From NCBI GenBank assembly GCA_013265495.1, contig MU058687.1, forward strand, positions 4,028,093 to 4,092,092: a stretch of DNA of 64,000 bases, given 5' to 3'. The notes below the pieces were generated by a model. That model did not search any database. It saw nothing but the letters and a program-made list of their open reading frames with translations, and was not told the DNA's origin. Of this stretch, positions 51,308-62,521 are shown piece after piece. The stretch is from Vicugna vicugna. Its lineage: Eukaryota. Position 1 is the first letter of the stretch; the number at the start of each line of letters is the position of its first letter. Both the position numbers and the translations under genes were made by a program.

Positions 51308-53115
51308 GTAGATATCATTCTTATTGTCTCTTTTTTTGGGTTTGCCGTGTGTTGCCCCCCTTTTCCTCCCCAAACCCCTCTTTTATCCTCTTTAGACTTG
51401 TTTCTTCTTTTAAAAATTTTTGTTGAATTCAATAGAAGCCTTTCTTTTTCTTTTAAAAAAAAATGGAAGGGGATGCACCTGTCCTGACAATACTTTGATG
51501 AGTTTGGTTGGGACAGTTTCCTTTTGTCCACTTTATAATTTTTTTTACAAACTTTTTTAGAGAAATGTTCTCTGTTTACAGCTAAATTTGTATTGTTTTG
51601 TTTTCTTATTTTGCAACTGCCAAATTACAGACTAGGGGCAATAGCGATGTCTAGCAAGGACTTTCTTCTCTCCGTGTCTTCCTCCTTTCTTTTCCCCCCT
51701 CTCCCTTCCTGAATCCCTTTTTTTTTCTTTTATTTCTTTCCCTTTTGTGTGGCCACAGCCACCACCGGTGATCTGGGGAGGAAAGTGCTCTACTCCCTAT
51801 GTTCTTCCTTTGCTTTCTTTCACCTTCCTCCTCACCTTGGCCAAAGGGAGCCCGCCAGTTGTGTTCCCCGTACAAACTCTGCATGGCATGTTCCTGTCTC
51901 GTGGATTTCCCCATTGGCATCAGAACCTGTTCCCTCATTTTCCTCCTCATTACTAACAACCTGCCAGTCATCAACCCAACTCCACTTCCTTCTTTCTCTC
52001 TCTTTTTTTTGTGTCCACTCTTCTTCATTCTCCTCTCATCCTTCATATATTTTGGGGTTGGATTTGGACTTTCTCTTTTCTTTTTTGTTAGTGAGGGAGG
52101 TGGCAGGCAGGGGAAAGACGACCCTTTAGTTTTGAGTGTGTTTTTTTCCACTTCCATCTTGTTTTTCAGTTGATTTAGTGCATGTAAGTGTGGAGTGGAC
52201 TTTGATTCTTTTTTTTTTTTCTCCTCTCCCTTGTCCCACTTCCCTCCCTTTTATTCTTCTGCCTTCTCTCTTGGCTTGGGATAATTTGCGCATGGGTGTG
52301 TCAGCATACAGTGTGTGCACGCTTTGAGGCCCCGACTTTTCTCTCTGCCCTGTGCTCCTTTTATGGGTGTAGGGTGTACAGGTGCTATTTCTCCCCCATG
52401 GGCGTTATTATTATTTTGGCTCTCATGCCTCATCCTCCCTTTCTTTTTGTTAGCGTTGCCTTTTTGGTTTGGGTCATTTCTTCTTTTGGTGGTGGCAGTG
52501 AAGGGAGGGCGGGGGTGAGTGTCCTGGGAGTCCATGGCATGCATCATCCATGACTCACCAAAATCAAGACCCTTCTTCCCGCCCTCCCTGAATGCATGTT
52601 TGTCAGCGTGGTGTAAGCCCAAAAAGAAACAAAGAAAAAAGTAAAGAAAAAGAAAAGAAAAAAGAAAAAAAACCATCATCAACCCAAGACCAACCCCCGA
52701 ACAAATCCCATTGTCAAATGTCTCCTTTGCTGTTTTTCGCTACCATCATAAATAACAATCATTCAAAAATAAACGGTCATTTAACCAATGAACTGAGACA
52801 AGTGATGCTGTCTGAGGAGAGTTCCATTTTCTAGCCTGACTGAGTGACGCGTGCACGGGGTAGAGCAAGTTGCTCAGCGTGGCAGTTCCGACGAACTCTC
52901 CCAGGAGTCTGCGGGAGAAGCTGGAGGCTTGGGCCACAGGGGAGGCAGACCAGAAAATGGAACTTGGCTGCACATACCAAAATTCAAACCAAATTAGAAA
53001 GAATACCTCGCCCAAATCTCAATGAAAGTGATGCCACAGGTAGGGGAAGCCCCGGACTTTGATGGGACTGTAAGGTCATTGTTGGGATCTTTTTGTCCCT
53101 GTGTCCCTCCACCAG

Positions 53116-53277
53116 GTGACGATCTCTGTGGACGGCATCCTGACCACGACGGGATACACTCAAGAGGACTACACCATGCTGGGCTCGGATGACTTCTTCT
53201 ACGTGGGAGGAAGCCCGAGTACTGCTGACTTGCCAGGCTCACCCGTCAGCAACAACTTCATGGGCTGCCTTAAAGAG
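53116..53277 (+). CDS. NRXN3: Neurexin-3-alpha internal coding exon, C-terminal part of LNS2 (162 nt, phase 0/0)
   Basis: Translates [54 protein letters not shown]. Acceptor ccaccag| at 53115; donor GAG|gtaaag at 53278. Confidence 0.97.
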
Positions 53278-53374
53278 GTAAAGTTCACCCGTGCCACTCA
53301 GCGCACTGACTGTCTACGAACAAATGAAATTCCCGGGTCAGTGACTGGATCTGTCCTCTGATCTATTTTGTGAG

Positions 53375-53610
53375 GCCGTAGGTTGTAGTGGGAAAGACTT
53401 TGGACTCAGAAGTAGGGCCCTAGACTGTGGTCCCAGCTTAAGCTGGCTGCACGACCTTGGGTTCACCCCTGAAGTGCTCTGTGATTCTGTTTCCTCATCT
53501 AACTAATGGGGAACCTGATCCCACAGTAGCTGTGCTTTGTAAGTTAAATGAAATAACTCAGATGAAAGGACTGTGAAGTCCCAAGGAACTAGATGTCTAT
53601 AAAGTTTGAT
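53375..53610 (+). mobile_element. MIR SINE
   Basis: tgtagtgggaaagactttggactcagaa...gaccttggg...ctgtttcctcatctaactaatgggg...gttaaatgaaataa. Confidence 0.75.
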
Positions 53611-55216
53611 TTTGTACTTTTGGCAAGTAGAGACGCTTTAGCTAAAAGTGGCTCAATGTGTGGTTGTCTCTTGTCTAAAACATAACATATGTGTTATATT
53701 ACCTTTGCCAAGCTTGGTGTTCCCAAGAGGCTCATTATCTGAGATGAAGGAGGATTCTCAGAATGTAACACTAAGGTCCAGAAGACTGGTTTATCCTCAC
53801 CCCCGCCCCTTCCCTGAAAGCTAGCAGCTGTGAGAAAGCAGTGGGGCTTTGCCATTACTCATTTATTACTATTGTAGCTGATACACTGAGACCTCTGTCT
53901 GAGAGCAAAGGAGCTTCAGTCAAGTGTAAGTTCAATCTCTAAGGTCAATTGTTCAGGCAGAAAGAATCAGACTTGATTTGCTAGTGTTCTTTCAGCACAC
54001 AGTGTCATCAGAAGAGTACACTGCACTTTTTTGTTTAATCTAAGCTAAGCTTGATTGCCTAAGAGATCTATACCATTTCCCTGGGGAAATTCCTTGAGAA
54101 GCTAACAGTGTTCTTTCTTGTAGATAAAGATCCCTTGTGACATGTTATGAGCCTTGTCTCAGGGCACATGTTTTATTCTTATTATGGTTATTTGAAATTT
54201 GTTGAACATCAGTTACATGTGTGATGGCATCACACGGGCATTCATTCATGCCACTCAGCTGTGAGCCACTTCTAGACAGGTTGAGTCTGTGATACCTGGC
54301 ATAGAGCATGTATATAATAAGTATTTTATGAGTGGATACACTTCTCATATAATCATGGGGTACCTTTATTTTGTGCTGTAACTAAACTTAATGGCTCTTT
54401 GCAAGCCATGCTCTCCATTCTTGAAGACTTGATCATCTGGGGAGAGAGATGAGGTCAGAAAGCCAACAGTTACAGCTCAGGACCTTGTGTGTTCAGTGCC
54501 ACAGACGAAATGCTCTAATTGAGTAGAGGAAGGAGATACATTTTAGGTGGGAGTCAGTTTTGGAGAAGAATTGGTACTTCAGCTGGGTCTTGCTGCAATA
54601 AACCATGTGTGAATTGAGAGGAAGGGGTCGGAAGGAGGGACACGACAAAGGAGGGAAAAATCCAATTACATCTTTGTATTGTTCTTGGTCTAAAGGACAA
54701 ATGACAGAGGAGAACTCATAGAGCATTTCTCTCTCCCTGCCGGGTGTTCCCCAGGCTTCTGCTGGCCACAGGGACTCCACTGGTCATTCCTGGTGGCACG
54801 TCTTCCCTGGGACTTACTCCCATTGGGAGAGAATAAAGGTATAAACTATGCAGTGTCTAATGAACCCTGAAAGACTCTTAAACACCATTAAATCACACGC
54901 CATTGGAATTGCACTCTCATCAGAAATAGACAGGAGCATTGTGTTACCATGTACGTGGCTCAGGAATGAATGAGGCATTGATTGCTGTGGAGGGCTCATC
55001 CATTTTTGTAGGGAAACAGCCCTGAGCATGGAGTTTCTCTTGGACAGGATCTAGGGTTGTCCAACAGGACTAATCTTCCCCTGCACACAGTTATGTTGAA
55101 CCATCTCTGAATTACGTATTTTGAGACAAAGGAGCAATTTCTCAACCACAGATCTATCCATCAGGAAGGATGCCTGAATGTTTTGAAACAAGCCTCATAA
55201 AAACATGCAGCTATCT

Positions 55217-55235
55217 CACACACACACACACACAC
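55217..55235. repeat. (CA)n microsatellite
   Basis: Pure CA run of about 9 units. Confidence 0.85.
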
Positions 55236-56526
55236 AGTCCAGGTAGAGAGCAGACAGCTTCAAAGTCTGTGAAAAGTGGCAGTTAAAAAATTAAAAACAG
55301 ATCTGAAACCCAGTGACAGTAACAGTAGTAGTAATAAAAATATATGCATGTTAGCTAGTCGCTAAGCAGCATTTAAATCCAGATTGAGCTGAAAGAAAGA
55401 AAGTCCAAAACGCTGGGGGAGGTGGTAGACGAAGCGAGAGCTTGATGACCCGCCGCCCCTCCTCTCCTTTGCACATACAATACAGCCTTTCTGCGGGACT
55501 TGGGACGCTTTCTTACTTGTCTGAGTGTTTTAAACAGACAACTTTGAGGTGAGTGAAATCCCAGCATATTCTTTCTTTCCATTAATCATTACGGTTCATT
55601 TTTCTGTGGGCAGGTCTGGGAAGTTCTTCTCTTGTTCTGGTCGTTTCCCTTTGACAGTTCAGTAAAGAGCAAAAGCTTCCAGCTGTGCTGGGACTTTGCT
55701 CCTTGAGAAATCCCACTTACCCGCTTTAATTATTTCCCCTTAGGACAGTCTGCATTATTTTACAAAGCCTTCTTCCCTTCCCAACTCCTTCTTCCCTTTT
55801 CTGTCTTCTGTGGCTGTTTGTGGCTGTAAGTTGCCTTAAATTGAGCTGGGCACTTTCATGTGTCATTGTTTTAAATGGGGTCGTGGTAAAGACACGTGGT
55901 AAAGAGTGGGGTTTCTGTTCGGGAACACTGATACTCTGTGTGTGGCACAAGGTAGTTTTCATCATTGGAACTACAGTTACTTCACACCTGAAAGTTAAGT
56001 TCTGGCTCCACTCTTGAGTCAGTGACCATGGATTTCACTTGTGTGCACGGCTCCTAATGTGATTCCACTGCAGAAGCCACAACGAGTGTCCATGTTACCA
56101 TCCAGTTATTGAAGTACTCCGCACACCCTAGTTATCGATACAAGGTTCGCGTCCACTTACACATCCCAAAGTCTGCACCTTGTTCGTCCACATTTTTATG
56201 TTTTAACGTGTCTGTCTTATTGTTCTTGTCGTGTCCCCAGCTCCTAGCATGGTTCTTAGCACCTAGTGGGCTCTCAGTAAATATTTGCCTAATGAAATCA
56301 CTTATTTGTAAGTTTAAAAAATAGCTTTTGGACAAATGCTCTTAGGCGCTCTTGGCCATGTGACTTTCTTGGGATCACTGAAGAACATCTTGACGTGACA
56401 GTAGTTGAATCTTTCAGGAACCCCCAGCTATCTGATATGACAGAAATATTACATGAAAAGGCTCAGTGAGACAGAAAGAAATGGGTTGGAATCTCCTGTG
56501 GGAAAAATGGGATTGAAAAGGCTTTG

Positions 56527-56760
56527 AGGAGGCATCATAGTATAGTGAAAAGTATCCTGGTTTCAAAATCAGAAAACCTGGCTGGGAACACCAGCTTTAT
56601 TACTGGCTGTATGGTCTGGAATAAGCCGCTGATCGTATTTGAGTCTCAGTTTCCTAACGCATAACATGGAGATGATAAGACCTCTGTTGTGTTCTACTTA
56701 AGGACAAATGAAATAATAAACATAATAGTGAAACCACACATAAATATAAAAACGGTATTT
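56527..56760 (+). mobile_element. MIR SINE
   Basis: gaggcatcatagtatagtgaaaag...tcagaaaacctgg...ttgagtctcagtttcct...atggagatgataa. Confidence 0.75.
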
Positions 56761-56999
56761 TGCTATAATAATTACGATTAAGGATTATGTAACGCATCTT
56801 CTAAAACGGTTTGTGACTATTAATGTAAGCAGAAGCGAATGTACATTAGCACATGGGTATCTCTGTTTTTCCTATATTAGCAAATCACTATCTGGGGGGA
56901 AAAACAACTTTATTTTGAGGTTTGTCTCATCTTCACTGAAATAGGGATAACCCATCCCACCCACCCACAGTCATTACCTAGTTTGTTGCCTTTAAATAT

Positions 57000-57156
57000 T
57001 TGCTTGACAACCGTCAATCTCCCTTCTATTAAAATGTGAGCTCACTGAGGACAGAGGCCGCACCTGCTCACAGGTGTTTCCTCAGCACCTAGAAGAGTCC
57101 CTAGCGTAAAATAATGCACTCAAGAAGCATGTCTGAAATGAATGAATGAATGAATG
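57000..57156 (+). mobile_element. L2 3' end with (AATG)n terminus
   Basis: aatgtgagctcactgaggacagagg...cctcagcacctagaagagtccct...aatgaatgaatgaatgaatga. Confidence 0.8.
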
Positions 57157-57204
57157 AGCGAGCTAACCTCAAGGAGCTCCACAGTCTGGTGGAATTTAGA
57201 TCCA

Positions 57205-57740
57205 CAGGTATGTGCTGATCACCTACAGTATGCCAAGGACTGTGCTAAGATGCAGAGACAAATCAGACACAGTTCTCACCCTAAGGACCTCACAGTTAGT
57301 GGGGAAGATAGACATACAAACATAATTTCAAGGAAAAGCAGTTAATGCCCCCAAAGAGGCATTCACAGGTTCAGTGGGGCTACTGAGAAGGACTTAACAT
57401 ATGGTGGGGTTCAGGAGGGCTCTGTGGAGGAGGTGATGCTCAAGTTGAGGCTTGAAGACAAGCAGAAATGAACAGGGAAGCAGAGGTGCTCTGGGACGAT
57501 GGGCAGCATGAGCAGAGGCACAGAGACAGGGCACGTCACGGCATCTGTGCGGGAACTTTACAAACAGCTTGCCGGTGTCAGGGCACAAGTATAAGATCAG
57601 GAGTTTTGAAAACGTAGCTGCAAAGTTAGGTAGGGGCCAGGTCATAGAGAGCTTTGTTTCACACTCTACCTGTGGACTTTAGGTAATGGGGAGCCACTGA
57701 AGGATCTTAAGTGGTGGAATAACATAGACAGATTGGCAAC
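57205..57740 (-). mobile_element. L2 fragment (opposite orientation to the adjacent L2)
   Basis: cacctacagtatgccaaggactgtgctaag...ccctaaggacctcacagttagtgggg...ggaggaggtgatgc...ggtaatggggagccactgaagg. Confidence 0.75.
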
Positions 57741-58864
57741 TTGTCCCTCAGGCTTTAAATCCCTTGAGAACTGAAGCTGGTCCATCTACTGCTTCTACTT
57801 GATTTAGATTCTCCTAGGAAGTTGAGGAGCAGCGTCAGGAAGGCTGGTCCGTTGGCTTTAGCGTTGGGCTGGGAGAGTGCCTCTCTGAATCTCATCACTG
57901 TTGGATGAAGTACAATGTAGTAGAAGAAAGTCAAATCAACGCTGCGTTGCATGGGTAGTGTCTCTGTCACCAGGACCAGGGAGCTGACTCAAGCCCATCA
58001 AAATACCCTCCTGTGTCTTGGGGTCTTCAGTGTCATTTGATTTGATTCTTTCTGCACCGTGGTCCTTTTCCCTCAGCCTGTTCCTTCTCCGCTGGTGTGT
58101 TGGCTCTTTATTTGGCTCTCCATTACCCATGGAGAAGTCCCGTGCTGCTGACACTTCTGAGGCCTGCTGGTCTATCTCACCTTTCTTTTCTCATGGCATC
58201 TCTTAGTGGGGAGGAAGAAAAGTGGGAAAATGGGGAGGGTGGAGCACATATTTAAAGCAAAAAGGATTGGGTAGAACATCGTTGTGCACATTATATCCCA
58301 CATCGCTTTGTGATTATTAGCTGTTTAAAACCGAATGGGATTTTGCAGCCAGAGATATTCTCTGAACAGATGATTAATGGTTTAATCTGTAATAACTTTA
58401 CATTTTATAGAACCCTGATAGGAGTCCACATCTGGTGAGTCAAGCTATTTAAGGCTGTGTTAATTCTGTTAATTGCTATACGTTTATTTGAATTGCTGGC
58501 ACCTGCGGGCTTTGGGATAATGTGTTTTTTGTTGCTTTATTTTTTAAATGTACTTATTTTATCCTGTCTCGCTGTCTTTTGCTGCTGTCTCTTGTGTGAT
58601 CACAATTTCTCTTCTGATTTTTGTTAAGCACTGTTTTATTTTTCACTCATTATACTTTTTCCCCCCTCTGTTCTCATTTTCCCTAATTCTGTGCTTCTCA
58701 CAGTCTTTTTTTGGTATTCTTCCTGATTTTTCAGGGGGTGATAAATTGTTCTGTCCATAACCAGGTAGATTTAGATCATGTATTGAGCCTAAAAATTCCC
58801 GTTTTTTCCTAGTACTGAGAATACTGTGTGGTCCCAGAGTGAACAAAAATCCAGTGAGGGTTTT

Positions 58865-59115
58865 AGAGTCAGCATGGAAGATGAGAAGAGGATTGACTTT
58901 AGAAGCACAAGTTCAAGGTTTAAGTCTTGCCTAGACTTATTCATTACCAGCTTCAAGGCTCTTAGCACTTGAATGCTCTTAGCCTCAGTTTTTTTTTCGT
59001 AAGATAAGAATGCTTACTTCAGGCATTTTTATGCTGGGAGCAAATGGGATTTTAAAAATGAGGTGTTTTAAACTGTAAAGCACCGTGCAAATGCTCCTCT
59101 TACTGTTTATGTTAT
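58865..59115 (+). mobile_element. MIR SINE
   Basis: agcctcagttttttttcgtaagataagaatg...ttttaaactgtaaagcaccgtgcaaatg. Confidence 0.65.
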
Positions 59116-60099
59116 TAAACGAAACCAGATTGATCAGATATGTCCAAGGAACCACTTCTTGCTGTTTGGTCTTTCTTCAACTAAAAAACTTCAGAAGTTA
59201 GGAGAGTCCAGTGTAGCTTAATAAAAAGGGCAACTGAATTAGAACTTGTCTACTATATCCAATTCTGGTACTAATTAGAAAACCATACAAGCTCTTTGGA
59301 CACCCATGTCTTGATCTGTAAAATGAGGATCGTTTTCACGGCCAAACCAAATGCACAGTATTGCGGAGAACTTCTAGCATAGAAAGGCAAGTTGGATAGC
59401 AAGGCAGAATTTATTTTCCTACTCTGAGGAGGATATGCAGAAAAGCATGTGGGCTTGGAGAGATGAATGCCTCGACAGAATGGAAGGACCAATACAAAAA
59501 GGAGTCCAAGAGCGACAAGATTCCAACAAGGCAGAAAGAATTATAGACCTGGATCAGAAGCTGGGAAATGGAAGAAGGCAGCAGATGAAGGGAAGAAAGA
59601 GGAGAAATTATGTCTAAGCAGCTGCCAGTAGGTTGACCATAGAAGTTGCCATTTTTATGGGTTAAGAAAAGGTCAGATACTGGCAATGTCATGTGATTCA
59701 GCTTAAGAATGAAATTTTTGTAAAGTGGATAAATTAGATCTTCTTGAAAAGAGACTACCTTCTGGATTACAAGGAGCTGAAAGGGGCAGGGGAGAGGATG
59801 ACACTGTGTGTCACAGAGGAAGAGGAAATAAAACCTGAGCTACTGGGGATGTGTGATGAGTGCGGTTCATTTCGCAGAGGGGGAAGACTGTAGCCCAGGA
59901 CGGCTACAGGAAAGCAGTGTGTACCTGAGGAAGAGTATCCGGGGGGCTGAAGCCTCCAGGATGGTTAGGGTTGCAGTGCCGTGACAAACAGCAAGAGCTT
60001 CTTTAGCTGATGACGGAAGAAGACATTAAAGAGTGGTTTGCTACTTTTATTTGATGGGCTATTGATGGAGAAGTAAGATATGGTCATCATTTTTTAGAG

Positions 60100-60602
60100 A
60101 CCTGGTATTCATTTTCCCTTCTTTTGATTAATGTTTCTTGATTTTTGTTCTCCCTCATTCTCAGTCCAGTGATTTATGGGCGCTGATTCCATTCCTGACG
60201 CCCTTGGTGAGCATGTGAGCTCTAAGTCAATTGGGAACGTCCATTCCTCTGCCTGGGCACGTAACCCAGTTTGGATCAATGACGTTCAGGCTCAGGACTT
60301 TGTTTATATCTTGTAGGGAGGTACTTCTCCTTCCTTTGAGCTACAACTTGAGATGGTATAAAATGGAGCTTCTGGCCACCATTTTGCCACAATGTTGGGA
60401 CCAAAACCGAAGCCAGAAGGAGAAAAGCAGAGCTGTCAGATGGAGAGAAACTAGGTCTTGGTGACATTTTAAGGCCCTGAATCAAATGTTCCTCAGACTA
60501 GGCTACCTCTTGCTTTCCAGCCCCATCTGAATACATTCTTTCTTTTGTTTGAACCAGCATGAGCTACATTTTCTGTCATTTGCAACAGAACCCTAAGTGA
60601 TG
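60100..60602 (+). mobile_element. Old MaLR LTR (MLT1J/K-like)
   Basis: ggccaccattttgccaca...agcagagctgtcagatggagagaaactaggtcttggtgacatt...gccctgaatcaa...ttttctgtcatttgcaac. Confidence 0.7.
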
Positions 60603-60679
60603 TGAAAGAATTCCTCTCTCCCATTTTACCCGTCTTCTCTGACAGGAAAATAGGTCTTTGGCCAGGAAAAGATAGACAC

Positions 60680-61975
60680 AGTTAGGAAATTTAATATCAG
60701 AGCCTGTTAGAGAACTCTGCATTAATTCAAATTTCTTGATGTAGCTGAATGATACAGAGAGAATTTGAAAAAAGATTTTTGAAATCCAGTTGGTGACTTT
60801 TGAGAAATCACAGAGAATGGAGGAGGTTCCTAATGACTAAAGATGGAAAAAATATAGATGGTGCAAGCTGTGGACCTTCGAGCTTCACTGGCATCTGGGA
60901 AGGATTTTGGATTGCATTATTAACAAAAGCTATGCGCCCACAGAAGAGAAAAGAGAACCATGGTCATTCACTAAAAACAAGCCATCTCACAGCAACTAAA
61001 CTCACGTATCCACTCAATATTTTGTTACTAAGCTTAAAGCTCAGAAAAGTACTGTGCACTAGCTGGCATAGCTCAATATCAGCAAGGTATTTGGTGACAC
61101 ACTCTGTGATGTCCTCATCAACAAGATGGGGAAAAAGGGACTTGATGTAAGAGCTGTTCAGTAAAGGAGTAACTATTGAAACGTACCACTGGGTCCTGAT
61201 AAATGGGCCTGTTTGATGTGGAAGTTTCAAGTGAATGTCACAATGCTTTGTCTTACTCAGCAGTTATATTTAGGGAGTTTAGGGAAGGGAAGAACACATG
61301 CTCATCAGCTCTGTGAGTGACAGGGAGCTGAGGATGCTAGAAATCATGAGTCTCCATGTTTTTAGGCTGAATTAATAGAGATATGAAAACAAAAGAGGTG
61401 GCAATCCTATGGTATACTTTGTTGGCTAAGAGAGCAGGCTCTGGAGCTAGAATTCTTGGCTGCAAAGCTCACTTCTATTCCCACTAGCTGTGGAGCGCTG
61501 GGAAAGCTACATAACCCTCTCTGCACCTCACTTTGCTTATGTATTAAATGGGGAGAATAATTATACCTACCTTATAGGGTTGTTGTATTAACTGAGGTAA
61601 TAAATGTAAAACCCTTAGGACAGTGCTTGGTGTATAGAGAATGCTTGGTAAGTTGTACTGATCAACACCACCATCACCACCACTATGTGATAATGTGGTT
61701 AGTGGATGATAAGCACTTAGCAGTTTAGCTGACTAATTGACACATTAGAGCATGTTTAGAGTTGAGCTATGAAAAAGATTAACAGTGCTCAGAAGTCTGA
61801 CATAAAAACAATTGAGTGATGGATCCAGGAAGGTTTAACCCGAGGGAAAGATTCCTGAGCCCATGGGTTGAGAGCTGTCTTCATATGTGAAGGACTGTCT
61901 TATGGAAATAGATTTAAACATCCTCAAGAAGAAGATCTAGGGCAAATGAGTGGAAGCTGCGTACTAAGTACAAAG
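60680..61975 (+). mobile_element. L3/CR1 LINE remnant (RT region and 3' part), interrupted by a MIR
   Basis: Degenerate peptides EKSQRMEEVPND*R, FTKNKPSHSN and SKVFGDTLCDVLINKMG resemble the CR1 RT motifs EKSWRTGEVPEDW, FTKNKSCQTNL and SKAFDKVSHDIL. Confidence 0.6.
61420..61680 (+). mobile_element. MIR SINE nested in L3
   Basis: ggctaagagagcaggctctggagctag...cactagctgtg...acctcactttgc...ttatagggttgttg...taaatgtaaaacccttaggacagtgcttgg. Confidence 0.8.
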
Positions 61976-61985
61976 AAGATATTTC

Positions 61986-62520
61986 TTTTTTTTTTTTTAA
62001 TAGACTTTATTTTTTAGAGCAGTTTCAGGTTTACAGCAGAATTGAACAGAAAATACAGAGTTCGCACATAGCCCTCCCCACCCACACATATATAGTCCCC
62101 TACCCTCAACACAACAACCTCAACATCCCTCATCAGTGAGGCATATTTGGTACAATTGATGAACCAACATGGACACATTATTATCAACCAAAGTCCATGG
62201 TTTACATTAGGATTTACTCTTGATGTTGTACATTCTATGAGTTTTGACAAATGCATAATGACATGTAGCTGTCACTGTAGTATCATAGAGAATAATTTCA
62301 TTGCCCTAAAAATCCCTTGTGCTCCATGTATTCATTCCTCCCTCCTTCCCTCTCCCCAAACCCCTGGAAACCACGATCTTTTTATTGTTTCTGTAGCTGT
62401 GCCTTTTCCAGAATATCATTTGGTTGGAATCGTACAGCTTATAATAGCCTTTTCAGACTGGCTTCTTTCATTTAGTAATATGTCTTTTAAGTTTCTTCTA
62501 TGTCTTTGATGGCTTGATAG
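61986..62520 (-). mobile_element. L1MC-type 3' end
   Basis: T-tail plus tagactttattttttagagcagtttcaggtttacagcagaattga...acaattgatgaaccaac...caaagtccatggtttacattagg...ttttcagactggcttctttcatttagtaata. Confidence 0.85.
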
Positions 62521-62521
62521 A

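Noticed and set aside
52454..52514. 61-nt exon-like segment (gttag|...|gtgagt)
   Set aside because: The body is itself U-rich intron-like sequence with a poor exonic donor context (GGG) and no clear branch point; weaker than the neighbouring candidates.
51651..52682. Lys/Arg/Glu-rich minus-strand and Phe/Leu-rich plus-strand ORFs
   Set aside because: By-products of the pyrimidine-rich low-complexity intron; no domain resemblance.
52621..52773. A-rich tract and AATAAA (52768) as an intronic poly(A) site or long-range pairing partner
   Set aside because: Low complexity makes any pairing non-specific, there is no clear GU-rich downstream element, and the tract is a likely oligo-dT mispriming site.
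53101..53361. 86-aa ORF as a complete protein
   Set aside because: It is the 162-nt exon plus intronic extensions on both sides.
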